Shown piece after piece: positions 35,100 through 48,027 of a stretch of 64,000 bases of DNA. Below the pieces are notes generated by a model. The model was not told the origin of the DNA. It worked only from the letters and a program-made list of their open reading frames with translations, and ran no database searches. This DNA is from Camelus dromedarius. Taxonomy: Eukaryota. The stretch lies in NCBI RefSeq assembly GCF_036321535.1, contig NC_087437.1:2170001-2234000 (forward strand), given 5' to 3'. Made by a program: the position numbers and the translations under genes. Position 1 is the stretch's first letter, and each line of letters starts with the position of its first letter.

Positions 35100-38000
35100 A
35101 TACTAGTCGCCTCCTCCTCCGTTGGAGAGACAGACAGACACACACATAGTCTAGCTTCAACCATCCTCCAATAGATAGTCATTCAGGCAAGCAGTCAAAC
35201 AGACAGACACACCAGAGGCGGGGTGCCGTCTGCCTACCTGGTTCGGCGGCGGGGCCCGGGGAAGAGGGTGCCCCTGGTGAACCAGAGGATTTTCTCCCAT
35301 GTCCCTAGCTGCCTTGCCTCTGGGCGGCCTCCGCTAACCCAAGTTCGCCGGACGCAAGCCTTTGAAGTCAGCCTGCTCCTGGGAGCCGGCGAGGTAAGGA
35401 CAGGGGAAGTGGTCAGCGGCAGACACGGAGGCGGCCCAGAACGCAAGAGGGATGCCTCGGCGAGTCGGTCATTTTCCTACCATCCCCCCTCTCCTGGCCT
35501 CGGGGCGGCCTCTGCTACCGCAGGTGTGCGGCAATTAATTCTCCTTGTCAGCCAGGTCCTGGGAGTCTGTCCAGGTGAGCCCAAGGGACACGGACGTCGC
35601 GGGGAGCGGACTGCCTCGGGTTAGCCGATCAGTTTGCTCCCATCCCCACAAGCGCCTGGCCTGGGGGCGGCCTGTCCTGCGCCAGGTTCAGAGTATGCAC
35701 GTTTCCAGCTCAGCCAGCCCACCCGAGGCCGGCGCGCTGTGATCAGGGTCTGCAATGAGAAGTCGGGGCTGACTCACCGAGCCCGTGTATTTGTTCAGAT
35801 CTCCCTCTTGGCTGGTCCTGGGCTAGGCCTCTACTACCCTAGGTCCACGAGGTGCTCATCTCTGTGTTTTTCAGCTCCGGGGAAGCCAGTGCGGGGTGGT
35901 CAGGGGGCGGGGAGGGGGCGGGGCGGGGGCGGGGCGGGGGCAGCTACAGAGAGGGCTGAAGCGGGATGCACGGGCTGCCCAGGCAAGCCTGCGGAATTCC
36001 ATCCAGTGTCCCCCTCGGCCTGCAATGCGGGCGCCCTCTGCTGCTTCAGGGTGGCAATTGGCATCCCTCCAGGTGGGTCGAGTACTGGGAGGCTTCCTCC
36101 TTTAGACAGACAGAGAGACAAATAAAGAGACAGACAGACACACTAGCCTCTTCATCCATTGAGAAACAGCCGTATATCCTAACCTCCTCCTCCTCATTCA
36201 TTATATAGGTAGACAGATACATATATAGACAGACACACACACACACATACACACACTAGCCTCTTCCTACTCCTCAATTAAGTAGGTAGAGAGACACACT
36301 AATCTCCTCCTCCTTTAGATAATACATAGACAAACTTAATACATTTTTCTCCTCCTCCATTAGATAGATGGAAAGTGAGATTGACCGATACACCCAGTAG
36401 CCGCTACCTTCTCCTGTTAGAGATACCGAGAGATAGCCAGACACATGGGATTATTTCTTCTTCTCCATTTGATATAGATAGAGACACACTCACAGACACA
36501 CAGACAGACAGACACACTACTCTTCTCCTGCTCTGACAGACAGAGAGATAGACACTCTAGCCTCCTCCTTCTTCTCGAATACATACAGCTGCATAGATAG
36601 ATATCTCCTATATAGACAGACAGACTTACTAGCTTACTCCTCGTCCATTCGATGCACACATAGACTGTTAGACAGACACAGTAGCCTCTTCCCCTCTTTG
36701 TTACACATACTTTGATAAAGAGACCCGCACGCACACACACACACACATACACACAGGCTAGCATCCTCCTCTTCCTCAAGTAGGTAGATAGGGAGATAGA
36801 AACACTAAATTCCTGCTCCGACAGACACACAAATAAAAAGACACACTTGCCTACTGCTGTGCCTGAACTACATAGGTCGATTTTTACACAGATTGATAGA
36901 TACACAGATAGATAGAGAGATAGATAGGTAGAGAGGCAGGCAAATGGAGAGACATAATTTTCGCCTCCTCCTCCAGTAGATATATAGACAGACACACACA
37001 TAGTCTAGCCTCTCGCATCCTCCAATAGATAGACAATCAGCCAGGCAGTCAGACAGACTGACACACGTGAGGCGCTGTGCAGTTTGGGGTTGGGTTTCAG
37101 CGGCGTCCACCGTGGACAGTTGTGCCCCTGGCGAGTCATAGGATTTTATCCCATGTCCCTAGCTGCCTTGCCTGCGGGCGGCCCCCGCTCCCCCAAATTC
37201 GACGGACTGAAGCTTTCAAGTTAGCCTGCTCGTGGCAGCAGGCGTTGTAAGGAAAGTGGAAGAGGTGAGCGGCAGCTCCGGAAGCGGCAGAGCATCTAAG
37301 GGGGATGCCTCGGCGAATCGGTCATTTTCCTCCCATTTCCCCCTCTCCTGGCCTCGGGGCAGCCTCTGCTACCCCAGGAGTGCGGGATTTCGTTGTCCTT
37401 GTCAGCCAGGTCCTAGGAAGCTGTCGAGGTGTGCTCAGGGAACAGGGATGTCGCTTCTAGAGGACTGCCTCGGGTGAGCCGATCAGTTTGCTCCCATCTC
37501 CACAAGCGCCTGGCCTGGGGGCGGCCTCTCCTTCCCCAGGTTCCCAGTATGCATGTTTCCAGCTCAGCCTGTGCCCTTAGGCAGGCGCGGTGTTCTTAGG
37601 GGCTGCATTGAGGAGGCGGGGCTGCTCCACCGAGCCCGTGTATTTGCACAGATCTCCCCGTTGACCGGTCCTAGGGTTGGTCTCTGCTACCCTAGGTACA
37701 CGATGTACACATCTCGTTGTTTTCCGGCCCCCGGGAGGCAAGTGCGGGGTGGTCAGGGGGCGGGGGGGGGGGTGGCGTTGGCGCCTACACAGAGGGAGGA
37801 AGAGGGATGCACGGGCTGTCCAGGGAAGCCTGTGGATTTCCATCCAGTGTCCCCCTCGGCGTGCAATGATGGCACCCTCTGCTGCTTCAGGGTGACAATT
37901 GGCATCCCTCCAGCTGGGCCTAATAAAGGGAGGCTTCCTCCATTAGACAGACAGAGAGACATATAAAGAGACAGACAGACACACTAGCCTCTTCATCCAT

Positions 38001-41000
38001 TGAGAAACAGCCGTATATCCTAACCTCCTCCTCCTCATTCATTATATAGGTAGGCAGATACATATATAGACAGACACACACACACACATACACACACTAG
38101 CCTCTTCCTACTCCTCAATTATGTAGGTAGAGAGACACACTAATCTCCTCCTCCATTAGATAATACATAGACAAACTTAATACATTTTTCTCCTCCTCCA
38201 TTAGATAGATGGAAAGTGAGATTGACCGATACACCCAGTAGCCGCTACCTTCTCCTGTTAGAGATACCGAGAGATAGCCAGACACATGGGATTATTTCTT
38301 CTTCTCCATTTGATATAGATAGAGACACACTCACAGACACACAGACAGACAGACACACTACTCTTCTCCTGCTCTGACAGACAGAGAGATAGACACTCTA
38401 GCCTCCTCCTTCTTCTCGAATACATACAGCTGCATAGATAGATATCTCCTATATAGACAGACAGACTTACTAGCTTACTCCTCGTCCATTCGATGCACAC
38501 ATAGACTGTTAGACAGACACAGTAGCCTCTTCCCCTCTTTGTTACACATACTTTGATAAAGAGACCCGCACGCACACACACACACACATACACACAGGCT
38601 AGCATCCTCCTCTTCCTCAAGTAGGTAGATAGGGAGATAGAAACACTAAATTCCTGCTCCGACAGACACACAAATAAAAAGACACACTTGCCTACTGCTG
38701 TGCCTGAACTACATAGGTCGATTTTTACACAGATTGATAGATACACAGATAGATAGAGAGATAGATAGGTAGAGAGGCAGGCAAATGGAGAGACATAATT
38801 TTCGCCTCCTCCTCCAGTAGATATATAGACAGACACACACATAGTCTAGCCTCTCGCATCCTCCAATAGATAGACAATCAGCCAGGCAGTCAGACAGACT
38901 GACACACGTGAGGCGCTGTGCAGTTTGGGGTTGGGTTTCAGCGGCGTCCACCGTGGACAGTTGTGCCCCTGGCGAGTCATAGGATTTTATCCCATGTCCC
39001 TAGCTGCCTTGCCTGCGGGCGGCCCCCGCTCCCCCAAATTCGACGGACTGAAGCTTTCAAGTTAGCCTGCTCGTGGCAGCAGGCGTTGTAAGGAAAGTGG
39101 AAGAGGTGAGCGGCAGCTCCGGAAGCGGCAGAGCATCTAAGGGGGATGCCTCGGCGAATCGGTCATTTTCCTCCCATTTCCCCCTCTCCTGGCCTCGGGG
39201 CAGCCTCTGCTACCCCAGGAGTGCGGGATTTCGTTGTCCTTGTCAGCCAGGTCCTAGGAAGCTGTCGAGGTGTGCTCAGGGAACAGGGATGTCGCTTCTA
39301 GAGGACTGCCTCGGGTGAGCCGATCAGTTTGCTCCCATCTCCACAAGCGCCTGGCCTGGGGGCGGCCTCTCCTTCCCCAGGTTCCCAGTATGCATGTTTC
39401 CAGCTCAGCCTGTGCCCTTAGGCAGGCGCGGTGTTCTTAGGGGCTGCATTGAGGAGGCGGGGCTGCTCCACCGAGCCCGTGTATTTGCACAGATCTCCCC
39501 GTTGACCGGTCCTAGGGTTGGTCTCTGCTACCCTAGGTACACGATGTACACATCTCGTTGTTTTCCGGCCCCCGGGAGGCAAGTGCGGGGTGGTCAGGGG
39601 GCGGGGGGGGGGGTGGCGTTGGCGCCTACACAGAGGGAGGAAGAGGGATGCACGGGCTGTCCAGGGAAGCCTGTGGATTTCCATCCAGTGTCCCCCTCGG
39701 CGTGCAATGATGGCACCCTCTGCTGCTTCAGGGTGACAATTGGCATCCCTCCAGCTGGGCCTAATAAAGGGAGGCTTCCTCCATTAGACAGACAGAGAGA
39801 CATATAAAGAGACAGACAGACACACTAGCCTCTTCATCCATTGAGAAACAGCCGTATATCCTAACCTCCTCCTCCTCATTCATTATATAGGTAGGCAGAT
39901 ACATATATAGACAGACACACACACACACATACACACACTAGCCTCTTCCTACTCCTCAATTATGTAGGTAGAGAGACACACTAATCTCCTCCTCCATTAG
40001 ATAATACATAGACAAACTTAATACATTTTTCTCCTCCTCCATTAGATAGATGGAAAGTGAGATTGACCGATACACCCAGTAGCCGCTACCTTCTCCTGTT
40101 AGAGATACCGAGAGATAGCCAGACACATGGGATTATTTCTTCTTCTCCATTTGATATAGATAGAGACACACTCACAGACACACAGACAGACAGACACACT
40201 ACTCTTCTCCTGCTCTGACAGACAGAGAGATAGACACTCTAGCCTCCTCCTTCTTCTCGAATACATACAGCTGCATAGATAGATATCTCCTATATAGACA
40301 GACAGACTTACTAGCTTACTCCTCGTCCATTCGATGCACACATAGACTGTTAGACAGACACAGTAGCCTCTTCCCCTCTTTGTTACACATACTTTGATAA
40401 AGAGACCCGCACGCACACACACACACACATACACACAGGCTAGCATCCTCCTCTTCCTCAAGTAGGTAGATAGGGAGATAGAAACACTAAATTCCTGCTC
40501 CGACAGACACACAAATAAAAAGACACACTTGCCTACTGCTGTGCCTGAACTACATAGGTCGATTTTTACACAGATTGATAGATACACAGATAGATAGAGA
40601 GATAGATAGGTAGAGAGGCAGGCAAATGGAGAGACATAATTTTCGCCTCCTCCTCCAGTAGATATATAGACAGACACACACATAGTCTAGCCTCTCGCAT
40701 CCTCCAATAGATAGACAATCAGCCAGGCAGTCAGACAGACTGACACACGTGAGGCGCTGTGCAGTTTGGGGTTGGGTTTCAGCGGCGTCCACCGGGGACA
40801 GTTGTGCCCCTGGCGAGTCATAGGATTTTATCCCATGTCCCTAGCTGCCTTGCCTGCGGGCGGCCCCCGCTCCCCCAAATTCGACGAACTGAAGCTTTCA
40901 AGTTAGCCTGCTCGTGGCAGCAGGCGTTGTAAGGAAAGTGGAAGAGGTCAGCGGCAGCTCCGGAAGCGGCAGAGCATCTAAGGGGGATGCCTTGGCGAAT

Positions 41001-42283
41001 CGGTCATTTTCCTCCCATTTCCCCCTCTCCTGGCCTCGGGGCAGCCTCTGCTACCGCAGGAGTGCGGGATTTCGTTGTCCTTCTCAGCCAGGTCCTAGGA
41101 AGCTGTCGAGGTGTGCTCAGGGAACAGGGATTTTACTTCTAGAGGACTGCCTCGGGTGAGCCGATCAGTTTGCTCCCATCTCCAAAAGCGCCTGGCCTGG
41201 GGGCGGCCTCTCCTTCCCCAGGTTCCCAGTATGCATGTTTCCAGCTCAGCCTGTGCCCTTAGGCAGGCGCGGTGTTCTTAGGGGCTGCATTGAGGAGGCG
41301 GGGCTGCTCCACCGAGCCCGTGTATTTGCACAGATCTCCCCGTTGACCGGTCCTAGGGTTGGTCTCTGCTACCCTAGTTACACGATGTACACATCTCGGT
41401 GTTTTCCGGCTCCCGGGAGGCAAGTGCGGGGTGGTCAGGGGGCGGGGTGGGGGGTTGGAGTGGCGGTGGCGCCTACACAGAGGGAAGAAGAGGGATGCAC
41501 GGGCTGTCCAGGGAAGCCTGTGGATTTCCATCCAGTGTCCCCCTCGGCGTGCAATAAGGGCGCCCTCTGCTGCTTCAGGGTGGGATTTGGCAACCCTCCA
41601 GCTGGGCCTAATAAAGGGAGGCTTCCTCCATTAGAGAGAGAGACATAAAATAGACAGACAGACACACTAGCCTCTTCCTCCATTTAGAAACACCCATATG
41701 TCTTAACCTTCTCCTCCTAATCCATTATATAGGTAGACAGATACATACATAGACAGACAGACAGACAGACACACACACACACACAAACCCAAACCCACAC
41801 ACAACCTTCCCTCCTACCAGTCCTCAATTAAGTAGGTAGAGAGACACACTAATCGCCTTCTCCATTAGATAATAAACAGACAAACGGTATAGACTATTTC
41901 TACTCCTCATTTAGATAGATGGAATGTGAGACTGACGCATTCACACACTAGCCTCTACCTTCTCCTGTTAGAGAGACAGACAGATAGCCAGACTCATGAA
42001 ATCCTCCATCTTCTCCATTAGATATACATAGAGAAATCTCTAAGATGCACAGTGAGACAAACACTAGTCTTCTCCTCCTCTGACAGGCCGAGGGATAGAT
42101 AATCAAGCCTCCTCATTCTTTTCCATTAGGTATAGTTACATACATACATATCTGATAATAGACAGCCAGACAGACATACTAGCCTACTCTTCCTCCATCA
42201 GATACATACATAGACTGATAGACAGATACAGTAGGCTCCTCCCCCTTTAGATACAGATACATAGATAGACATCCCCACGAGCC

Positions 42284-42324
<41 letters not shown>

Positions 42325-42483
42325 GCCTTCTCCTCTTCCTCAAAGAGCTAGATAGTTATATAGACACACTAAAATTCTACTCCAACAGACAGAATTTTAA
42401 ATGACACACTATCTTACTGCTATGCCTCCCCACATAGATAGATAGCTAGCCAGATCGATAGAGAGGCAGGCAAATAGAGAGTC
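35100..42483. repeat. HOR7, 4-mer variant A-B-B-C (7384 bp)
   Basis: Two B-type ORFs at 37232 and 39073 (1841 bp apart), C-type at 40914. Confidence 0.97.
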
Positions 42484-45400
42484 ATACTAGTCGCCTCCTC
42501 CTCCGTTGGAGAGACGGACAGACACACACATAGTCTAGCTTCAACCATCCTCCAATAGATAGTCATTCAGGCAAGCAGTCAAACAGACAGACACACCAGA
42601 GGCGGGGTGCCGTCTGCCTACCTGGTTCGGCGGCGGGGCCCGGGGAAGAGGGTGCCCCTGGTGAACCAGAGGATTTTCTCCCATGTCCCTAGCTGCCTTG
42701 CCTCTGGGCGGCCTCCGCTAACCCAAGTTCGCCGGACGCAAGCCTTTGAAGTCAGCCTGCTCCTGGGAGCCGGCGAGGTAAGGACAGGGGAAGTGGTCAG
42801 CGGCAGACACGGAGGCGGCCCAGAACGCAAGAGGGATGCCTCGGCGAGTCGGTCATTTTCCTACCATCCCCCCTCTCCTGGCCTCGGGGCGGCCTCTGCT
42901 ACCGCAGGTGTGCGGCAATTAATTCTCCTTGTCAGCCAGGTCCTGGGAGTCTGTCCAGGTGAGCCCAAGGGACACGGACGTCGCGGGGAGCGGACTGCCT
43001 CGGGTTAGCCGATCAGTTTGCTCCCATCCCCACAAGCGCCTGGCCTGGGGGCGGCCTGTCCTGCGCCAGGTTCAGAGTATGCACGTTTCCAGCTCAGCCA
43101 GCCCACCCGAGGCCGGCGCGCTGTGATCAGGGTCTGCAATGAGAAGTCGGGGCTGACTCACCGAGCCCGTGTATTTGTTCAGATCTCCCTCTTGGCTGGT
43201 CCTGGGCTAGGCCTCTACTACCCTAGGTCCACGAGGTGCTCATCTCTGTGTTTTTCAGCTCCGGGGAAGCCAGTGCGGGGTGGTCAGGGGGCGGGGAGGG
43301 GGCGGGGCGGGGGCGGGGCGGGGGCAGCTACAGAGAGGGCTGAAGCGGGATGCACGGGCTGCCCAGGCAAGCCTGCGGAATTCCATCCAGTGTCCCCCTC
43401 GGCCTGCAATGCGGGCGCCCTCTGCTGCTTCAGGGTGGCAATTGGCATCCCTCCAGGTGGGTCGAGTACTGGGAGGCTTCCTCCTTTAGACAGACAGAGA
43501 GACAAATAAAGAGACAGACAGACACACTAGCCTCTTCATCCATTGAGAAACAGCCGTATATCCTAACCTCCTCCTCCTCATTCATTATATAGGTAGACAG
43601 ATACATATATAGACAGACACACACACACACATACACACACTAGCCTCTTCCTACTCCTCAATTAAGTAGGTAGAGAGACACACTAATCTCCTCCTCCTTT
43701 AGATAATACATAGACAAACTTAATACATTTTTCTCCTCCTCCATTAGATAGATGGAAAGTGAGATTGACCGATACACCCAGTAGCCGCTACCTTCTCCTG
43801 TTAGAGATACCGAGAGATAGCCAGACACATGGGATTATTTCTTCTTCTCCATTTGATATAGATAGAGACACACTCACAGACACACAGACAGACAGACACA
43901 CTACTCTTCTCCTGCTCTGACAGACAGAGAGATAGACACTCTAGCCTCCTCCTTCTTCTCGAATACATACAGCTGCATAGATAGATATCTCCTATATAGA
44001 CAGACAGACTTACTAGCTTACTCCTCGTCCATTCGATGCACACATAGACTGTTAGACAGACACAGTAGCCTCTTCCCCTCTTTGTTACACATACTTTGAT
44101 AAAGAGACCCGCACGCACACACACACACACATACACACAGGCTAGCATCCTCCTCTTCCTCAAGTAGGTAGATAGGGAGATAGAAACACTAAATTCCTGC
44201 TCCGACAGACACACAAATAAAAAGACACACTTGCCTACTGCTGTGCCTGAACTACATAGGTCGATTTTTACACAGATTGATAGATACACAGATAGATAGA
44301 GAGATAGATAGGTAGAGAGGCAGGCAAATGGAGAGACATAATTTTCGCCTCCTCATCCAGTAGATATATAGACAGACACACACATAGTCTAGCCTCTCGC
44401 ATCCTCCAATAGATAGACAATCAGCCAGGCAGTCAGACAGACTGACACACGTGAGGCGCTGTGCAGTTTGGGGTTGGGTTTCAGCGGCGTCCACCGTGGA
44501 CAGTTGTGCCCCTGGCGAGTCATAGGATTTTATCCCATGTCCCTAGCTGCCTTGCCTGCGGGCGGCCCCCGCTCCCCCAAATTCGACGGACTGAAGCTTT
44601 CAAGTTAGCCTGCTCGTGGCAGCAGGCGTTGTAAGGAAAGTGGAAGAGGTGAGCGGCAGCTCCGGAAGCGGCAGAGCATCTAAGGGGGATGCCTCGGCGA
44701 ATCGGTCATTTTCCTCCCATTTCCCCCTCTCCTGGCCTCGGGGCAGCCTCTGCTACCCCAGGAGTGCGGGATTTCGTTGTCCTTGTCAGCCAGGTCCTAG
44801 GAAGCTGTCGAGGTGTGCTCAGGGAACAGGGATGTCGCTTCTAGAGGACTGCCTCGGGTGAGCCGATCAGTTTGCTCCCATCTCCACAAGCGCCTGGCCT
44901 GGGGGCGGCCTCTCCTTCCCCAGGTTCCCAGTATGCATGTTTCCAGCTCAGCCTGTGCCCTTAGGCAGGCGCGGTGTTCTTAGGGGCTGCATTGAGGAGG
45001 CGGGGCTGCTCCACCGAGCCCGTGTATTTGCACAGATCTCCCCGTTGACCGGTCCTAGGGTTGGTCTCTGCTACCCTAGGTACACGATGTACACATCTCG
45101 TTGTTTTCCGGCCCCCGGGAGGCAAGTGCGGGGTGGTCAGGGGGCGGGGGGGGGGGGTGGCGTTGGCGCCTACACAGAGGGAGGAAGAGGGATGCACGGG
45201 CTGTCCAGGGAAGCCTGTGGATTTCCATCCAGTGTCCCCCTCGGCGTGCAATGATGGCACCCTCTGCTGCTTCAGGGTGACAATTGGCATCCCTCCAGCT
45301 GGGCCTAATAAAGGGAGGCTTCCTCCATTAGACAGACAGAGAGACATATAAAGAGACAGACAGACACACTAGCCTCTTCATCCATTGAGAAACAGCCGTA

Positions 45401-47827
45401 TATCCTAACCTCCTCCTCCTCATTCATTATATAGGTAGGCAGATACATATATAGACAGACACACACACACACATACACACACTAGCCTCTTCCTACTCCT
45501 CAATTATGTAGGTAGAGAGACACACTAATCTCCTCCTCCATTAGATAATACATAGACAAACTTAATACATTTTTCTCCTCCTCCATTAGATAGATGGAAA
45601 GTGAGATTGACCGATACACCCAGTAGCCGCTACCTTCTCCTGTTAGAGATACCGAGAGATAGCCAGACACATGGGATTATTTCTTCTTCTCCATTTGATA
45701 TAGATAGAGACACACTCACAGACACACAGACAGACAGACACACTACTCTTCTCCTGCTCTGACAGACAGAGAGATAGACACTCTAGCCTCCTCCTTCTTC
45801 TCGAATACATACAGCTGCATAGATAGATATCTCCTATATAGACAGACAGACTTACTAGCTTACTCCTCGTCCATTCGATGCACACATAGACTGTTAGACA
45901 GACACAGTAGCCTCTTCCCCTCTTTGTTACACATACTTTGATAAAGAGACCCGCACGCACACACACACACACATACACACAGGCTAGCATCCTCCTCTTC
46001 CTCAAGTAGGTAGATAGGGAGATAGAAACACTAAATTCCTGCTCCGACAGACACACAAATAAAAAGACACACTTGCCTACTGCTGTGCCTGAACTACATA
46101 GGTCGATTTTTACACAGATTGATAGATACACAGATAGATAGAGAGATAGATAGGTAGAGAGGCAGGCAAATGGAGAGACATAATTTTCGCCTCCTCCTCC
46201 AGTAGATATATAGACAGACACACACATAGTCTAGCCTCTCGCATCCTCCAATAGATAGACAATCAGCCAGGCAGTCAGACAGACTGACACACGTGAGGCG
46301 CTGTGCAGTTTGGGGTTGGGTTTCAGCGGCGTCCACCGGGGACAGTTGTGCCCCTGGCGAGTCATAGGATTTTATCCCATGTCCCTAGCTGCCTTGCCTG
46401 CGGGCGGCCCCCGCTCCCCCAAATTCGACGAACTGAAGCTTTCAAGTTAGCCTGCTCGTGGCAGCAGGCGTTGTAAGGAAAGTGGAAGAGGTCAGCGGCA
46501 GCTCCGGAAGCGGCAGAGCATCTAAGGGGGATGCCTTGGCGAATCGGTCATTTTCCTCCCATTTCCCCCTCTCCTGGCCTCGGGGCAGCCTCTGCTACCG
46601 CAGGAGTGCGGGATTTCGTTGTCCTTCTCAGCCAGGTCCTAGGAAGCTGTCGAGGTGTGCTCAGGGAACAGGGATTTTACTTCTAGAGGACTGCCTCGGG
46701 TGAGCCGATCAGTTTGCTCCCATCTCCAAAAGCGCCTGGCCTGGGGGCGGCCTCTCCTTCCCCAGGTTCCCAGTATGCATGTTTCCAGCTCAGCCTGTGC
46801 CCTTAGGCAGGCGCGGTGTTCTTAGGGGCTGCATTGAGGAGGCGGGGCTGCTCCACCGAGCCCGTGTATTTGCACAGATCTCCCCGTTGACCGGTCCTAG
46901 GGTTGGTCTCTGCTACCCTAGTTACACGATGTACACATCTCGGTGTTTTCCGGCTCCCGGGAGGCAAGTGCGGGGTGGTCAGGGGGCGGGGTGGGGGGTT
47001 GGAGTGGCGGTGGCGCCTACACAGAGGGAAGAAGAGGGATGCACGGGCTGTCCAGGGAAGCCTGTGGATTTCCATCCAGTGTCCCCCTCGGCGTGCAATA
47101 AGGGCGCCCTCTGCTGCTTCAGGGTGGGATTTGGCAACCCTCCAGCTGGGCCTAATAAAGGGAGGCTTCCTCCATTAGAGAGAGAGACATAAAATAGACA
47201 GACAGACACACTAGCCTCTTCCTCCATTTAGAAACACCCATATGTCTTAACCTTCTCCTCCTAATCCATTATATAGGTAGACAGATACATACATAGACAG
47301 ACAGACAGACAGACACACACACACACACAAACCCAAACCCACACACAACCTTCCCTCCTACCAGTCCTCAATTAAGTAGGTAGAGAGACACACTAATCGC
47401 CTTCTCCATTAGATAATAAACAGACAAACGGTATAGACTATTTCTACTCCTCATTTAGATAGATGGAATGTGAGACTGACGCATTCACACACTAGCCTCT
47501 ACCTTCTCCTGTTAGAGAGACAGACAGATAGCCAGACTCATGAAATCCTCCATCTTCTCCATTAGATATACATAGAGAAATCTCTAAGATGCACAGTGAG
47601 ACAAACACTAGTCTTCTCCTCCTCTGACAGGCCGAGGGATAGATAATCAAGCCTCCTCATTCTTTTCCATTAGGTATAGTTACATACATACATATCTGAT
47701 AATAGACAGCCAGACAGACATACTAGCCTACTCTTCCTCCATCAGATACATACATAGACTGATAGACAGATACAGTAGGCTCCTCCCCCTTTAGATACAG
47801 ATACATAGATAGACATCCCCACGAGCC

Positions 47828-47868
<41 letters not shown>

Positions 47869-48027
47869 GCCTTCTCCTCTTCCTCAAAGAGCTAGATAGT
47901 TATATAGACACACTAAAATTCTACTCCAACAGACAGAATTTTAAATGACACACTATCTTACTGCTATGCCTCCCCACATAGATAGATAGCTAGCCAGATC
48001 GATAGAGAGGCAGGCAAATAGAGAGTC
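42484..48027. repeat. HOR8, A-B-C (5544 bp), sister copy of HOR3
   Basis: Shares the rare 'cctcatcc' SNP (44355) and the 'acgg' variant (42516). Confidence 0.96.
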
